Positions 45,901-57,356 are shown, numbered from the stretch's first letter. The stretch is DNA of 64,000 bases from Candidatus Zixiibacteriota bacterium (GCA_022571845.1 JACZXB010000005.1:83888-147887), one strand, 5' to 3'. A program made the numbers and translations. The notes: generated from the sequence alone by a model not told the origin.

Positions 45901-48900
45901 TTATTTCAGTAAAGTCATTTTCTTAGTTTCAATCTGCCTATTATCAGCAGTCAATCTGTATAGATAAATTCCAGAGGCCGCTGTTTCGCCGCTCAATGTC
46001 CGGCCGTCCCAAATCACCTTAGTTTCGCCGGCATCGGCCATGCCGTCAAAAGGAATTGCCACTACCTGACCTAAGAGATTGAATATTTCAATCCTGGCCT
46101 GGCCTGCAGCCGGCAGGCTGAAGTTTATGGTAGTAGATGGGTTAAACGGATTGGGGTAGTTCTGAGACAGAGAGTAACTGCCCGGAAGATTATCATCAGG
46201 GCTGCCGCCTGTGGTCAGGGCTGCTACTTCAATCAAAGCGCCCTGATCAGTCCAGCTGAATTCTTCGCGGGTTCTCTCGCCATCTATTTCAAGGAAGAAA
46301 ACATCACCTTTACTGATTCCGGTCACCTGCTCACCAAAGAGGTCGGCGTAGACCGGCATAAATCCAAACTGGCCGTGCTCGGAAAGCTCAAAATGACCGA
46401 TTTTTATGCCATCGGCTGAACGAGCGATAACAATTGCTCCGGCCGATACGGTCAGATTATCTAAAGTAAGATTGTAAGAGTAGAGGTTGACCCAGCTTCT
46501 GGTCGGCTCAACAACTTTCTCTACAGTCTTGGCTGAGGCCAAGAGGTTTTCAATATCGTATTCAGGTGCCGCCAGGCCTCCTGCTGCCGGATAAGTTAGC
46601 ACGTCGCTAGTGCTGACTTTGAGCCAGTAGCCGAGACATGTCATCATTTCGGTCAGAGTATTAAAGACAGGATCTACTCCTGGTTTATAGATAAACGGAG
46701 CTTCATCGTAAGTATAGGCTATCTCAAGGCTGCCAAGTGAAGCCAAAGCTGAGTCTGTAGGCAGCGTATCGTTTGGCAGATAGCTGACCAGATTCCAGCC
46801 TGAGTTAAGCAGGATTGGGGTATCCTGATCCACCGGTACACCACTTATTTCTAATGTAAAGGGAATATAACAAACCTGTGCGGGACCAGAAGTATCTATC
46901 TTAATCCAATAACCGCTTAGGTGATCAACGGTATGAAGTGTGTTAAAAATATCCATACCCGGTACATAAGTCAATCCACCCTGTTCAAAGCCAAGTACAA
47001 CCCCTATACAGCCAAGCGAAGCAAGAACATCTTCAATATCATCCGAATCAGTATTCAAATTCCAGCTGACCAAATTCCAGCCAGGATTCAAAGTACATTC
47101 AAGCGTCAGCCGTTCGCCTCCGGCCAGACAGACACGGACAGTGTCATATTCAGCTGGATAGATGGTATTGCCATCGGCTAAGGCTGCGACGCCATTTATA
47201 AAGAATCTGATATTATCACCGGTAGTGGCACCTTCGTCTTCGCTAGAGCCGGTAGAATCTCTATAGACCGGCATAAATCTGTAGACGCCGGGGTCTGTTA
47301 CAAACTGACGACCGCAAATGTTGCCCTGCGGGTCCTGAGCTTCTACAATGGCACCAACCGGCAGAGGTGAGCCGAAAAGTGTGTTGACATCGCAGAAATA
47401 ATCAACCCACTGGTCAACCGGCGTAATCGCCTCGACCGGGTAGAGAATTATCATGACTCCGATTTTACCAGAGTTGACGGTAGTATCGTTGGGATAGCAG
47501 GCGCCGTTAAAAGTAGTGGAATCCGAACTGCCTTTATAGGCATAAAGGTCAAAACTGCCCAGGAAAAAATCAGTAAAAGCAAAAGCTCCGTTGCCGTTGG
47601 TGGTGGTAGTCATGGTAGGACCGCTGCTCGGATAATCCGGCCAGAGTTCAACCGTTGCACCGGCTATACCAACCGTATCGGGGCTTATAATATATCCACA
47701 GACAAAAGATTCGGTTATATCGACTATGATATTTCCACCGCCACCGGGGATGACCGGGAGGATATTCTGTTGCCCTTCACCACCACCGCAATCTCTCAGG
47801 AAAAAAGTTGAGGGATGAGCAGTATCAGCTTTGGCAAATGATATCACAGGAGTTACGCCATAAACTCCGAGTGGCGTAAAGCAGTCGATAGAAAAGAAAA
47901 GATTTCCAAGTGCATAATTTGCCGGGGCTATCGGCGGGCCATCGCTTACCTGGGCGCTTATGAAAACGTTGTTATTGATATTATCGATGTCTACATTTTT
48001 GATAGCTAGGCCACTTAATGCTTCGTCAAATATGAACGAATCAAGGACTATTGAACTACCACCATCCCAGTCTATGGGAATGATTATACCATAGACATCG
48101 CAACTGTTTGTAATTGTAAGCGGAACAGCTATCTGTTGTCCCGGGACTGCCGGAACCGTAGCAACTACCAGAGTGTCACCTTCGCTGCCCGGATCTTTGT
48201 CTTCAACTGTTATGGTAAATGATTCACTGACTGTATCTTTTCCGTCGGAAGCGTGGGCAGTAAGGGGATAGACTCCGGCCTGGTTGAAGTTTGGCGTAAA
48301 TCTGAACTGACCGTTGCCATTGCCGCTATCTATAAAAGTCATATTGTCTTCCAACGTTGCGACTGACAGATAAAGAGTATCGCCGTCGGCATCTGAGGCA
48401 CTAACGCCAATTATTAAAGTTTCACCTTCAAAAATTGTTGTATCTGCGATCGCATCCAGTACCGGCGGAGTGTTTGGCTTTTCAAGAATTTCCAGAGAGA
48501 CAATTATAATCACCGGAGAGTTAAAAGCCGTATCAGCAGAGACAACGATGGTGTCAGCGTAGGTGCCGGGAGGTAATGAATCGAGATTTGTAGTATCAGC
48601 AACTACCAAGAAATTATCTGGTGCTGTGCCGGATGATTTGCTGGTGTTAAACCAGAAGCTGCTTTCTGATACTGTATAAGGCCAAATTCCCCCGGCGCTG
48701 TCTGATACTGAGACAGAAACCGGATCAAAAGCCGCACCGCCATCGGTCACTGTAAGATTGATGCTGGTCGGGCTGACTTCCAAAAGGATCGGCGCTGCCG
48801 TGATTTCCAGAATTACTACAGCGAAAATTGGGGAATTGTTGGCGTCGCCGGATGAAATTGTTATGTCACTGTAGTAGACACCCACTGGCAAAGCTGTCAA

Positions 48901-51504
48901 ATCTGAATCAGGAAAGATACGCAGGTAATCCGGGGTAATGCCATCTTGTTGTGAAGTATGTAACCATATAGAGGTATCAGACGCAGAATATGAAATATTA
49001 AAGGCGCCCGTCTCAGTAACTAGAAAAGAGTCAGGAGCTGGATTAGCTCCGGCATGCACCGCTGACCAAAAAATAGTATCCGGAGCTACGGCCAAAAACT
49101 TATCGGCACGAATGACTTCCAAACTTACATACTCATAAATTGGTGAATTATTGGCGGCAGCGGAAGATACCATGACTGAGTCAAAATATGTGCCGGGTGC
49201 CAGGCCTGATATGTCTATAGAAACATCTACGGCTTCAGGAGTTGTTCCACCTGTTTTGTTAAGAGAGAGCCAGCTAATGTTTTCTGTCAAGGCAAAAGAA
49301 ATGTTAAAGGCTCCGGTCTCACTAACTGTGAAAGACTGGTCGGAAGGGTTGGCACCGCCTTCGACAGCACTGAAAGAAAGAGTGTCAGGGTCTAAGGCAA
49401 GAGATTTGTCGGCTGAGAAAACTTCCAAGCTGACGTACTCATAAATAGGAGAATTACTGGCAGCACCTGATGATACTTGCACAGAGTCAAAATATGTTCC
49501 GGGAGAAAGACCGGATATGTCTACCGAAGCAGTTACATCTTCGGTAGTTGTGCCACCGGATTTGTCTAGCGATAACCAAAGTGAGCTTTCTGAAACGGAA
49601 AAGGCGATGTTAAATCCGCCTGTCTCGCTGACCGTGAATACCTGGTCGTCAGGGTTCAAGCCGGCTTCAACAGCACTAAATGAAAGTGTGTCAGGATTGA
49701 CTGCCAGAAATTTAGGAGCTGAGCTGACCACCAAACTTACATATTCATAAATGGGTGAGTTATTGGCAGCACCAGAAGATATCATGACAGAGTCAAGATA
49801 AGCACCGGGGGCGAGACCAGATATGTTTACCGAAACGGTTACATCTTCGGTAGTTGTGCCACCGGATTTGTCTAGCGACAGCCAAAGTGAGCTTTCTGAC
49901 ACAGTAAAAGCAATGTTAAATGCTCCGGTTTCACTGACTGTGAATGACTGGTCAGCAGGATTTACTCCGGCTTCAACCGCACTAAATGAAAGTGTGCCAG
50001 GACTTACAGCCAAAAACTTGTCGGCTGTAGCGACTACCAAACTTACATATTCAAAAATGGGAGAGTTATTGGCTTCGCCCGAAGACACCATCACCGAATC
50101 AAAATAAGCACCGGGAGCGAGACCAGATATGTTTACCGAAACGGTTACATCTTCGGTAGTTGTGCCACCGGATTTGTTAAGCGAAAGCCAAAGTGAGCTT
50201 TCTGAAACAGAAAAAGCTATGTTAAATTCACCTGTCTCACTAACAGTAAATGATTGGTCAGCAGGATTTGCTCCGGCTTCAACCGCACTAAATGAAAGTG
50301 TGTCAGGGCTTACTGCCAGAAACTTGTTAACCATCAATACAACCAATTTAGCGTATACATAAATAGGGGAATTGGCAGCATCACCAGAAGATACCTGCAC
50401 AGAGTCAAAGTAAGTGCCGGGGGCGAGACCGGTTATATCTGCCGATGCAATTACGGACTCATCAGTAGTACCACCTGTTTTGTTTAGAGATAACCAGGTA
50501 GAACTCTCCGAAAGACTAAAGTTAATGTTAAAGGCGCCAGTTTCACTAACTAAGAATGAAACGGGTGGAGGATTAGCTCCTGATTCTAACGCGGTAAACA
50601 ATAATGTGTCGGGGCTAACGGCCAGGAATTTTTCGACCGCATTCACTTGCAGCGAAACAAAAATGTACTGTGGTGAATTGTCAGCTTCGCCGGAGACAAC
50701 TGCGATAGAATCAAAGTAATTTCCGGGGGCAAGACCTGAGATGTTATAGGTTACCACCAGTTCATCCGGGGTGGTACCTGAAAGAGGGGAAACAGACGCC
50801 CATGAAATTGTTTCGGTGACGCTGAATCCAATGTTAGCGCCGCCAGCTTCGGTAACATCTACCGTATCAGGACTCGGATTTGCGCCGCCTTCAACGGCTG
50901 TACCAGAAACAGAGTCGGGCGAAACAATAAGGTCAATTGTTGGGACAGGGGCATTCGGGTCGGTTATTTTCAAAGCGCCGGTCCAGTTTGGTATATATGT
51001 TATTTGGACACCATTTATGAATTGAAAAGCACTGGCGTCGTTAAATTCCAGAGAATCTATGTTTATTTCATCGGAAGTAGTCCAGTTTGATAGCGTAAAG
51101 TAATAAGTAGCCCAGTGCCTTCTTGTGGCGTCACCCGGAAAGAGGGAGAAAATAGCTATACCACCAAATAAAGCTCTTTGATTAGCATTAGTTACTGCAA
51201 TATCATTGTCTTCGAATAAAAACGGTCCAATCCCAAATCCGTTATCGGCCAGTGGGGTAGCAACAGCGCTGTCCATCTGAAGGTTTGAATTATCCCAGCT
51301 GAAGCCCATAGTAGCAGCAAACAGCTCAGCATCATTATATACCCAAAGTTGAACTGCAACATTGAGCTGGTTAGCATTGGCATCGGGATTAAGCGAAACC
51401 ACCAGACTTATAGTGTCCGGTGTGCCTGCATCCTGGGCAAATGCCGGAACAGCAAAAAGCGCCAAAAAGAGTAACGTCAGAAATGTTTTTTTCAATTGCA
51501 TCAA
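45901..51504 (-). CDS. Giant (1867 aa) secreted multidomain surface protein: BACON-like tandem repeats, cadherin-like and cohesin-like modules, T9SS C-terminal sorting domain
   Basis: Signal peptide; eight ~102-aa repeats (KFLAVSPDTLSFSAVEAGANP...SWLSL.K.GGTT...ISGLAPGTYFDSV.VSSG.ANNSPIYEYVSL); PPVLDAIADTTIFEGETL...SASDADGD; C-terminal SQNYPNPFNPSTTINFSLP...GIYLYRL. Confidence 0.8.
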   Translation of the reverse strand: MMQLKKTFLTLLFLALFAVPAFAQDAGTPDTISLVVSLNPDANANQLNVAVQLWVYNDAELFAATMGFSWDNSNLQMDSAVATPLADNGFGIGPFLFEDNDIAVTNANQRALFGGIAIFSLFPGDATRRHWATYYFTLSNWTTSDEINIDSLEFNDASAFQFINGVQITYIPNWTGALKITDPNAPVPTIDLIVSPDSVSGTAVEGGANPSPDTVDVTEAGGANIGFSVTETISWASVSPLSGTTPDELVVTYNISGLAPGNYFDSIAVVSGEADNSPQYIFVSLQVNAVEKFLAVSPDTLLFTALESGANPPPVSFLVSETGAFNINFSLSESSTWLSLNKTGGTTDESVIASADITGLAPGTYFDSVQVSSGDAANSPIYVYAKLVVLMVNKFLAVSPDTLSFSAVEAGANPADQSFTVSETGEFNIAFSVSESSLWLSLNKSGGTTTEDVTVSVNISGLAPGAYFDSVMVSSGEANNSPIFEYVSLVVATADKFLAVSPGTLSFSAVEAGVNPADQSFTVSETGAFNIAFTVSESSLWLSLDKSGGTTTEDVTVSVNISGLAPGAYLDSVMISSGAANNSPIYEYVSLVVSSAPKFLAVNPDTLSFSAVEAGLNPDDQVFTVSETGGFNIAFSVSESSLWLSLDKSGGTTTEDVTASVDISGLSPGTYFDSVQVSSGAASNSPIYEYVSLEVFSADKSLALDPDTLSFSAVEGGANPSDQSFTVSETGAFNISFALTENISWLSLNKTGGTTPEAVDVSIDISGLAPGTYFDSVMVSSAAANNSPIYEYVSLEVIRADKFLAVAPDTIFWSAVHAGANPAPDSFLVTETGAFNISYSASDTSIWLHTSQQDGITPDYLRIFPDSDLTALPVGVYYSDITISSGDANNSPIFAVVILEITAAPILLEVSPTSINLTVTDGGAAFDPVSVSVSDSAGGIWPYTVSESSFWFNTSKSSGTAPDNFLVVADTTNLDSLPPGTYADTIVVSADTAFNSPVIIIVSLEILEKPNTPPVLDAIADTTIFEGETLIIGVSASDADGDTLYLSVATLEDNMTFIDSGNGNGQFRFTPNFNQAGVYPLTAHASDGKDTVSESFTITVEDKDPGSEGDTLVVATVPAVPGQQIAVPLTITNSCDVYGIIIPIDWDGGSSIVLDSFIFDEALSGLAIKNVDIDNINNNVFISAQVSDGPPIAPANYALGNLFFSIDCFTPLGVYGVTPVISFAKADTAHPSTFFLRDCGGGEGQQNILPVIPGGGGNIIVDITESFVCGYIISPDTVGIAGATVELWPDYPSSGPTMTTTTNGNGAFAFTDFFLGSFDLYAYKGSSDSTTFNGACYPNDTTVNSGKIGVMIILYPVEAITPVDQWVDYFCDVNTLFGSPLPVGAIVEAQDPQGNICGRQFVTDPGVYRFMPVYRDSTGSSEDEGATTGDNIRFFINGVAALADGNTIYPAEYDTVRVCLAGGERLTLECTLNPGWNLVSWNLNTDSDDIEDVLASLGCIGVVLGFEQGGLTYVPGMDIFNTLHTVDHLSGYWIKIDTSGPAQVCYIPFTLEISGVPVDQDTPILLNSGWNLVSYLPNDTLPTDSALASLGSLEIAYTYDEAPFIYKPGVDPVFNTLTEMMTCLGYWLKVSTSDVLTYPAAGGLAAPEYDIENLLASAKTVEKVVEPTRSWVNLYSYNLTLDNLTVSAGAIVIARSADGIKIGHFELSEHGQFGFMPVYADLFGEQVTGISKGDVFFLEIDGERTREEFSWTDQGALIEVAALTTGGSPDDNLPGSYSLSQNYPNPFNPSTTINFSLPAAGQARIEIFNLLGQVVAIPFDGMADAGETKVIWDGRTLSGETAASGIYLYRLTADNRQIETKKMTLLK
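48481..50940 (-). repeat. In-frame coding tandem repeats, 8 units of ~306 nt (102 aa)
   Basis: The K-F-L-A-V unit starts fall at aa 292, 394, 496, 598, 700 and 802, an exact 102-aa period. The central units are near-identical. Confidence 0.85.
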
Positions 51505-51808
51505 ATTATCTCCTGATTCTCAATCTGTTTATATCTATGAAACTATTTGCAATATTTAGTGGCAACTTTGTTGCGCCAAAAATCTCAGGTCCTCACTTTT
51601 GAAAAATTCTAACTACTAATTCTTGGACTTTCAATTTTTAGCAATATTTGATTTTTAAGTCATCCTTAAATCTAAAGAAAAGTACTAATGGAGACGTCTT
51701 AATTACTTAAATCACAAGAACTTCAATATTCCTGTGGACGCCCCAAATATAAGACCAGACGCTCAAAAGTCAAGAATGTTCAAGCTCCTGCGCAAAAATT
51801 GCTCACCT

Positions 51809-52186
51809 TTATTTCTTGGTTTCTTTTCTATCTCGTATCCAAAGCAAAAACAAGACCATAATGGCACCAAGCAGGTCAGCGATCAAATCAGGGAGTTCGG
51901 AAACTCGATTTGGCACGAATTTTTGGTAATATTCGTCTCCCAGAGCAAATAATCCGACCAATAGAAATGATATCAAAAGAGCTCTTTCGGAAAGAGCTTT
52001 ATTCGCTAAATGACTGATAGACCTGAATATCAAGAGCGCAAAAATGGAGTATTCCAGGAAATGAATTATCTTATCAAGCTGATACTCCCCCAGAAAGGGA
52101 GATTTTAAACCCGATATTGATGAAGCCGTAATAATTAGCAGGGCATATAGAATTGGTGGTAAATGATACTTTGCGAATATTTTCAA
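51809..52186 (-). CDS. VanZ-family membrane protein
   Basis: LDKIIHFLEYSIF and GDEYYQKFVPNRVSELPDLIADLLGA. Confidence 0.6.
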   Translation of the reverse strand: MKIFAKYHLPPILYALLIITASSISGLKSPFLGEYQLDKIIHFLEYSIFALLIFRSISHLANKALSERALLISFLLVGLFALGDEYYQKFVPNRVSELPDLIADLLGAIMVLFLLWIRDRKETKK

Positions 52187-52369
52187 TCTGCTGTCTGTAA
52201 TCTCATGCCCTTTCGCTTCAATTTTTCCGGTTGCCTGTTACCTATCTTAAAAATGGACTTAAATCGCTGTCAATTAAAATTGCTTCGTTTTGCATAGTTC
52301 TTAGTTCTAATTATTGAATCAGAATTTAATTCTATCAAACGACTTGCGCTACAGTTATAATTACTTGAA

Positions 52370-53749
52370 GTGAGTTTCTACGAAAAAGTAAGACATTTGA
52401 TAACTGACAATAATCTATTATCAGCCAAAGACTCCGTTCTGATTGCACTATCAGGCGGGCCGGACTCTGTCGCCTTGCTTCATATTTTGACAAGGCTTAA
52501 AAAGAGTCTGAGGCTGAACTTAAATGCAATTTACATTAACCATGGGCTGAGACCCCGTGCGGCGGCAAAAGAAGAGCTGTTTTGCACTGCTCTGTGTCAG
52601 AAATATGATGTCAAATTTCGCCTAGTCGCGGTCGATATCAAAGCGCTTTCAGCTGGCTCAAAGAAAGGTATCGAGGAAGTTGCCAGAGATTTTCGCTACG
52701 AGCAGTTTGAAAAATCAGCTGCGGAGTTAGATTGCAACAAGATTGCCCTTGGTCATCACTTTGATGACCGTGTCGAGACAATTCTGTTCAGATTCATGCG
52801 AGGAACTGGTCCGACCGGACTCAAAGGTATTCCAGTTTCCAGAGGTAAGATTATCAGACCGCTTTTTAATCTGACCAAGCAGGAGATTCTCGACTATCTC
52901 AAAAAAAATAACCTGAAATATTGCATCGATAAATCTAACAGCAAGACAGAATTCAGACGCAACTATATCCGCAACCGGCTGCTTCCGGAAATCAGGGCGA
53001 AGCTGAATCCGGCCGTAGACAGAGGCATAATTTCATTGAGCGAAATCATCTCCGAAGAAGAGTTTTATCTCGAAAATATTGCAGGTAAGGCCTACCTCAA
53101 GTGTGTGACAAGATCTCCTGGCGGTAAGTTAGTGCTTGCATCAGACCGCTTTGCGGGTTATGATTTATGGGTACAGCGTCGCGTCATAAGGCGTTGTATT
53201 GCAGAAGTTTCGAAAACCTGGCTGACTCCCTCAAAAGAAGTAATCGGGCGGGTTATCGAAGTGGCAGCTGGCAAGAAAAAGGCGGTTTCAGTTCCCGGAA
53301 ATTTACAGTGCCATAGATTCGGTCAGGAGCTTTATTTCTACCCAAAGGCACGTCTGACATTTCAAGAAAGGCTTGTAATTGGCTCAAAGTGCAAAATTGA
53401 AGTATTGGGAGCGACTCTATCGGCTAAATTGTTAAAGCAAGGCAATCAATCTCTTTTGAAAAAACGCCAATCTCCGAATGTGATTGTTGATTTTGGCAAA
53501 GTCAGACCCCCATTATTGGTCAGAAACATAAGAGCTGGCGACAGGTTTTGCCCGCTGGGCTTAAAAGGCAGCAAAAAAGTCAGTGATTACTTGGTAGATA
53601 GAAAAGTCAGCAGACCCTTAAGAGACGAAGTGCCGGTGGTGACAGACAGAAGGGGTATTATCTGGCTGGTCGGATACGAGATTGATGAGCGAGTCAAGAT
53701 GGACACAACAACAACGGAGAGACTGAAAATTGGAATCAGATATTCTTGA
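52370..53749 (+). CDS. tilS: tRNA(Ile)-lysidine synthase
   Basis: PP-loop LSGGPDS, HHFDDRVETILFR, and the conserved tilS-hpt-ftsH synteny. Confidence 0.85.
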   Translation: MSFYEKVRHLITDNNLLSAKDSVLIALSGGPDSVALLHILTRLKKSLRLNLNAIYINHGLRPRAAAKEELFCTALCQKYDVKFRLVAVDIKALSAGSKKGIEEVARDFRYEQFEKSAAELDCNKIALGHHFDDRVETILFRFMRGTGPTGLKGIPVSRGKIIRPLFNLTKQEILDYLKKNNLKYCIDKSNSKTEFRRNYIRNRLLPEIRAKLNPAVDRGIISLSEIISEEEFYLENIAGKAYLKCVTRSPGGKLVLASDRFAGYDLWVQRRVIRRCIAEVSKTWLTPSKEVIGRVIEVAAGKKKAVSVPGNLQCHRFGQELYFYPKARLTFQERLVIGSKCKIEVLGATLSAKLLKQGNQSLLKKRQSPNVIVDFGKVRPPLLVRNIRAGDRFCPLGLKGSKKVSDYLVDRKVSRPLRDEVPVVTDRRGIIWLVGYEIDERVKMDTTTTERLKIGIRYS

Positions 53750-54284
53750 AAAGAAAATTAAGCTTCCTTTTGAACTTCTGATTGATCAGGAGAAAATTCA
53801 AAAGAGGGTTGCAGAAATGGCCGAAGAAATAACCCGCGAGTACAGCGATAAGATGCCCGTATTTGTGGGTGTGCTCAAGGGCTGCTTAATTTTCATGGCC
53901 GATTTGATAAGGCAGCTTAATTTCCCTCTGGAAATAGAGTTTATCTCAGCAGCTTCATATCGAAAGGGGACCGACTCCGCTGATTACCTGGTACTGGGGG
54001 GAGCCTCGACAACCGAGCTAAAAGACAGACACGTTATAATAATCGAGGGTATAATAGACAGCGGACGCACTGCCGAGGCTATCCTGTCTCACTTAAAACT
54101 GATGGAACCAGCTTCGTTAGAGCTTGTTACATTGTTGGACAAACCCGGCAGTCATCGCAACCGCCTGGACATAAAGCAGATAGGATTTTCTATCGGCAAT
54201 GAATTTGTAATTGGATACGGACTTGATAATACTCAAAAATTTCGAAACCTTCCTTACATTGGCAGAGTATTAGATGACAAGTAG
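53730..54284 (+). CDS. hpt: Hypoxanthine phosphoribosyltransferase
   Basis: PRPP motif VIIIEGIIDSGRT, and FVIGYGLD near the C-terminus. Confidence 0.85.
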   Translation: MESDILEKKIKLPFELLIDQEKIQKRVAEMAEEITREYSDKMPVFVGVLKGCLIFMADLIRQLNFPLEIEFISAASYRKGTDSADYLVLGGASTTELKDRHVIIIEGIIDSGRTAEAILSHLKLMEPASLELVTLLDKPGSHRNRLDIKQIGFSIGNEFVIGYGLDNTQKFRNLPYIGRVLDDK

Positions 54285-54321
54285 ACTTTATATTTATGGC
54301 AACTGACCGAATGGAGTATTA

Positions 54322-56274
54322 GTGCAGAATCCCAAATTACCGCCTCCTGTTAAAAAAGGGCGTGACCAAAAAGACGAAAAATCAGACGGCCAGATGAACT
54401 GGCGTGGTGCCGGAAAATCTCTGATATTTTGGGTCGCTCTGATACTGATTGTAATTGTAGCCTTTAGCTATTTTCAAGGCGTAACCTCAGATGAAGCCGA
54501 AATCAGTTACACCGAGTTTCTGACCCAGCTCGAAAATGACAACGTCATCGAGGTCTCTTTTACAGATAGAAACATAAACGGCAAATTAGTGAATCCGGCA
54601 ACATTTGCCTCTTCTGAATCCACCAAATCGTTTAGTCGTTTCAAAACTCTGATTCCCTTTCCGGACATAAACTACGACCTGATAAACCGCCTTGAAGCCA
54701 AAAATGTGGCCATCAAAGTCAAAGAAAGAACGCCCGACCTCTTTTCGGTTCTGCTCACCCTGGCACCCTGGATTTTGATAATTTTCATCTGGCTCTTTTT
54801 TATCCGTCAGATGCAGTCTGGCGGCGGCCCGCGCGGGCTATTCTCTTTTGGTAAGAGCAAAGCCAAACTCTTAACCGACGAACGCCCGAAAGTAACTTTC
54901 AGTGATGTAGCCGGAGCAGACGAAGCCAAAGAAGAGCTGCATGAAATTATAGAATTTTTGAGTGAGCCGGGTAAGTTTCAAAAACTTGGCGGTAAAATCC
55001 CCAAAGGCGCTCTGCTCTTAGGCCCTCCGGGAACCGGTAAAACTTTGCTTGCTCGGGCTGTTGCCGGCGAAGCCGACGTTCCCTTTTTCTCGATGTCCGG
55101 TTCGGACTTTGTAGAAATGTTTGTTGGTGTCGGCGCCAGCCGGGTGCGTGACCTCTTTGAACAGGGCAAGAAAAACGCTCCCTGCATAATTTTTATAGAT
55201 GAAATTGATGCTGTCGGGCGTCACCGCGGCGCCGGACTTGGCGGCGGTCACGATGAACGTGAACAGACGCTTAATCAGCTGCTGGTAGAAATGGACGGCT
55301 TTGAATCCAACGAAGGCGTCATACTAATCGCTGCCACCAACCGTCCCGATGTCCTGGACCCGGCTCTCTTAAGACCCGGCAGGTTTGACCGTCAGATAGT
55401 TGTACCTATCCCTGATGTGAAAGGCAGAGAGGGTATTCTCAAGGTGCATGTGCGCAAAGTCAAACTGGCAGATAATATAGACTTAAAAGTTCTGGCCCGC
55501 GGCACACCCGGCTTGTCCGGCGCAGATCTGGCCAATATGGTTAACGAAGCGGCGCTCTTGGCTGCCCGCCGCAACAAAGATGCTGTTTCAATGGATGAAT
55601 TTGAAGAAGCCAAAGATAAAGTACTGATGGGCACGGCCCGCAAATCGCTGGTAATAACAGACGAAGAGAAAAAGTTTATCGCTTATCACGAAGCCGGTCA
55701 TACCCTGGTCGCTAAGTCTTTGCCCAAAGCTGACCCGATTCACAAAGTGACGATTATCCCCAGGGGAATGTCGCTGGGTGTGACACAATCGCTGCCGGTC
55801 GATGAACGCCATACCTATTCCAGGGATTATCTGGAAACAACTTTAGCTGTGTTTATGGGTGGTCGTGTAGCCGAGCTTCAGGTTTTTAACCAGCTGGCCA
55901 CCGGCGCCGGCGACGATTTAGAGCGCGCCACCAAACTTGCCCGCAAAATGGTCTGCAACTGGGGCATGTCGGACGAGCTTGGCCCGGTGACTTTTGGCAA
56001 GGCCGAAGAGCTTATATTTTTGGGACGGGAAATCCAGCGCCCCAAAGAGTTTTCCGAAGCCACCTCTGAAACAATCGACAAAGAAATTAAGAAGTTTATC
56101 GAAAAGGCAGAAACTGTTGCTGCCGATATTATAGCCAAGAATATAGACAAGCTTCACGCTCTGGCCGCAGCGCTTTTGGAGCGCGAGATTATCGATAGTA
56201 AGGAAGTCGACGAGATTATCGGCAGATCATCAGGCGACCCCGAAAAAGCCAAAGAACCGGTCAAGACTACGTAA
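54322..56274 (+). CDS. ftsH: ATP-dependent zinc metalloprotease FtsH
   Basis: [28 protein letters not shown], zinc motif HEAGH, and two N-terminal TM helices. Confidence 0.95.
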   Translation: MQNPKLPPPVKKGRDQKDEKSDGQMNWRGAGKSLIFWVALILIVIVAFSYFQGVTSDEAEISYTEFLTQLENDNVIEVSFTDRNINGKLVNPATFASSESTKSFSRFKTLIPFPDINYDLINRLEAKNVAIKVKERTPDLFSVLLTLAPWILIIFIWLFFIRQMQSGGGPRGLFSFGKSKAKLLTDERPKVTFSDVAGADEAKEELHEIIEFLSEPGKFQKLGGKIPKGALLLGPPGTGKTLLARAVAGEADVPFFSMSGSDFVEMFVGVGASRVRDLFEQGKKNAPCIIFIDEIDAVGRHRGAGLGGGHDEREQTLNQLLVEMDGFESNEGVILIAATNRPDVLDPALLRPGRFDRQIVVPIPDVKGREGILKVHVRKVKLADNIDLKVLARGTPGLSGADLANMVNEAALLAARRNKDAVSMDEFEEAKDKVLMGTARKSLVITDEEKKFIAYHEAGHTLVAKSLPKADPIHKVTIIPRGMSLGVTQSLPVDERHTYSRDYLETTLAVFMGGRVAELQVFNQLATGAGDDLERATKLARKMVCNWGMSDELGPVTFGKAEELIFLGREIQRPKEFSEATSETIDKEIKKFIEKAETVAADIIAKNIDKLHALAAALLEREIIDSKEVDEIIGRSSGDPEKAKEPVKTT

Positions 56275-56285
56275 CAATTTATTAC

Positions 56286-57356
56286 TTACTCAGAAACCAC
56301 CGGAGGTGCAACGCCTCCGTTTGTAGTGTGCAGGATTAATCCGTTATTTCCTACGGCCCAGCCGACATCAGAACTTACAAATGCTGCGTCGCGCAATCTT
56401 GAATGAGAATTCCCGTATTGTTTTGTCCAGGATAGCCCCCCGTCCGATGAACGCTGAATATACAAGTCACCCACTACGAATATACTAGTTCGATCATTGA
56501 AAAAGACTTTACCTGACACCATTGTACCGCCTATACTCCTGTAAATAAGAGACCAGTTTTGTCCTGCATTTGAAGTTTCAAAGACCTTATCATACGTATT
56601 TGTGCGCCCATCAAATGTTTCGTAACTGGTAGACACTATCAGTCCATATTCTTCATTAAGAAAAGACATGCCCCAGATTAATTCTGTAGGGGTCTCCGAC
56701 AATACTGTCCAGCTTGACCCGCCATCATTTGATGAAATGACTTTGCCCAAATCGAATACGGCAAGTCCGTTTCTCTCGTCGACAATAGTTAAGTTACTTA
56801 ACCTTTCAATATTACCAATAGTGTCCTTAATCCAGTGCTGACCTCCATCCGTTGTTCTTAAAAAAACAGAATTATACCACCCGGCAATCCATCCAATTTG
56901 ACTATCCAAGAAGGTGACATCTAATAATCTTGAGGACGTACGACTGTTTTGAGTAACCCATTTTTTGCCACCGTCATTTGTATACAAGATGGTCCCATTA
57001 TATCCAACAGCCCAGCCTTTCAGATTATCAATGAAATCCACGTCCCACAGAGTAATGTTGGTGCCGCTCTGTTGCTCATACCAGTTTGCACCCCCATTTT
57101 TTGTGCAAAGAATTACGCCATTTCCACCTACCACCCAGCCAGTAAGGCTGTCGATAAAATCGACTGAAGAGAGGCCATTTTCTACTGGAGAATTTTGTTT
57201 CACCCAACCTATAGCCTCGGGCGACGGACCGAGCGGATTGTCATCTGAGCAGGCCAGACCAAGTAAAAGGCAAGTGATAAATATCAATCTTGTTAGATAC
57301 GAAATCATTCCAAAAGTACCATTTCCCCTTCTTGGACTGTTCCTTCTTCTACTCAA
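56286..57356 (-). CDS. BNR/Asp-box repeat beta-propeller lipoprotein (Ycf48-like)
   Basis: Lipobox LGLAC and six SxDxGxxW-type boxes (TKNGGANW, TNDGGKKW, TTDGGQHW, SNDGGSSW, SNAGQNW, SSDGGLSW). Confidence 0.6.
   Translation of the reverse strand: MSRRRNSPRRGNGTFGMISYLTRLIFITCLLLGLACSDDNPLGPSPEAIGWVKQNSPVENGLSSVDFIDSLTGWVVGGNGVILCTKNGGANWYEQQSGTNITLWDVDFIDNLKGWAVGYNGTILYTNDGGKKWVTQNSRTSSRLLDVTFLDSQIGWIAGWYNSVFLRTTDGGQHWIKDTIGNIERLSNLTIVDERNGLAVFDLGKVISSNDGGSSWTVLSETPTELIWGMSFLNEEYGLIVSTSYETFDGRTNTYDKVFETSNAGQNWSLIYRSIGGTMVSGKVFFNDRTSIFVVGDLYIQRSSDGGLSWTKQYGNSHSRLRDAAFVSSDVGWAVGNNGLILHTTNGGVAPPVVSE

Noticed and set aside
48481-50940. Regularly spaced repeats that could be mistaken for a CRISPR-like or satellite array
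   Set aside because: The period is 306 nt with no short repeat/spacer structure. The whole region is one continuous open reading frame encoding BACON-like domains.
48938-51025. Series of plus-strand ORFs of 66-101 aa (48938, 49151, 49517, 49823, 50129, 50414, 50771) with similar sequences
   Set aside because: They are antisense shadows of the 306-nt tandem repeats inside the 1867-aa minus-strand gene. Their periodicity simply mirrors the coding repeats.
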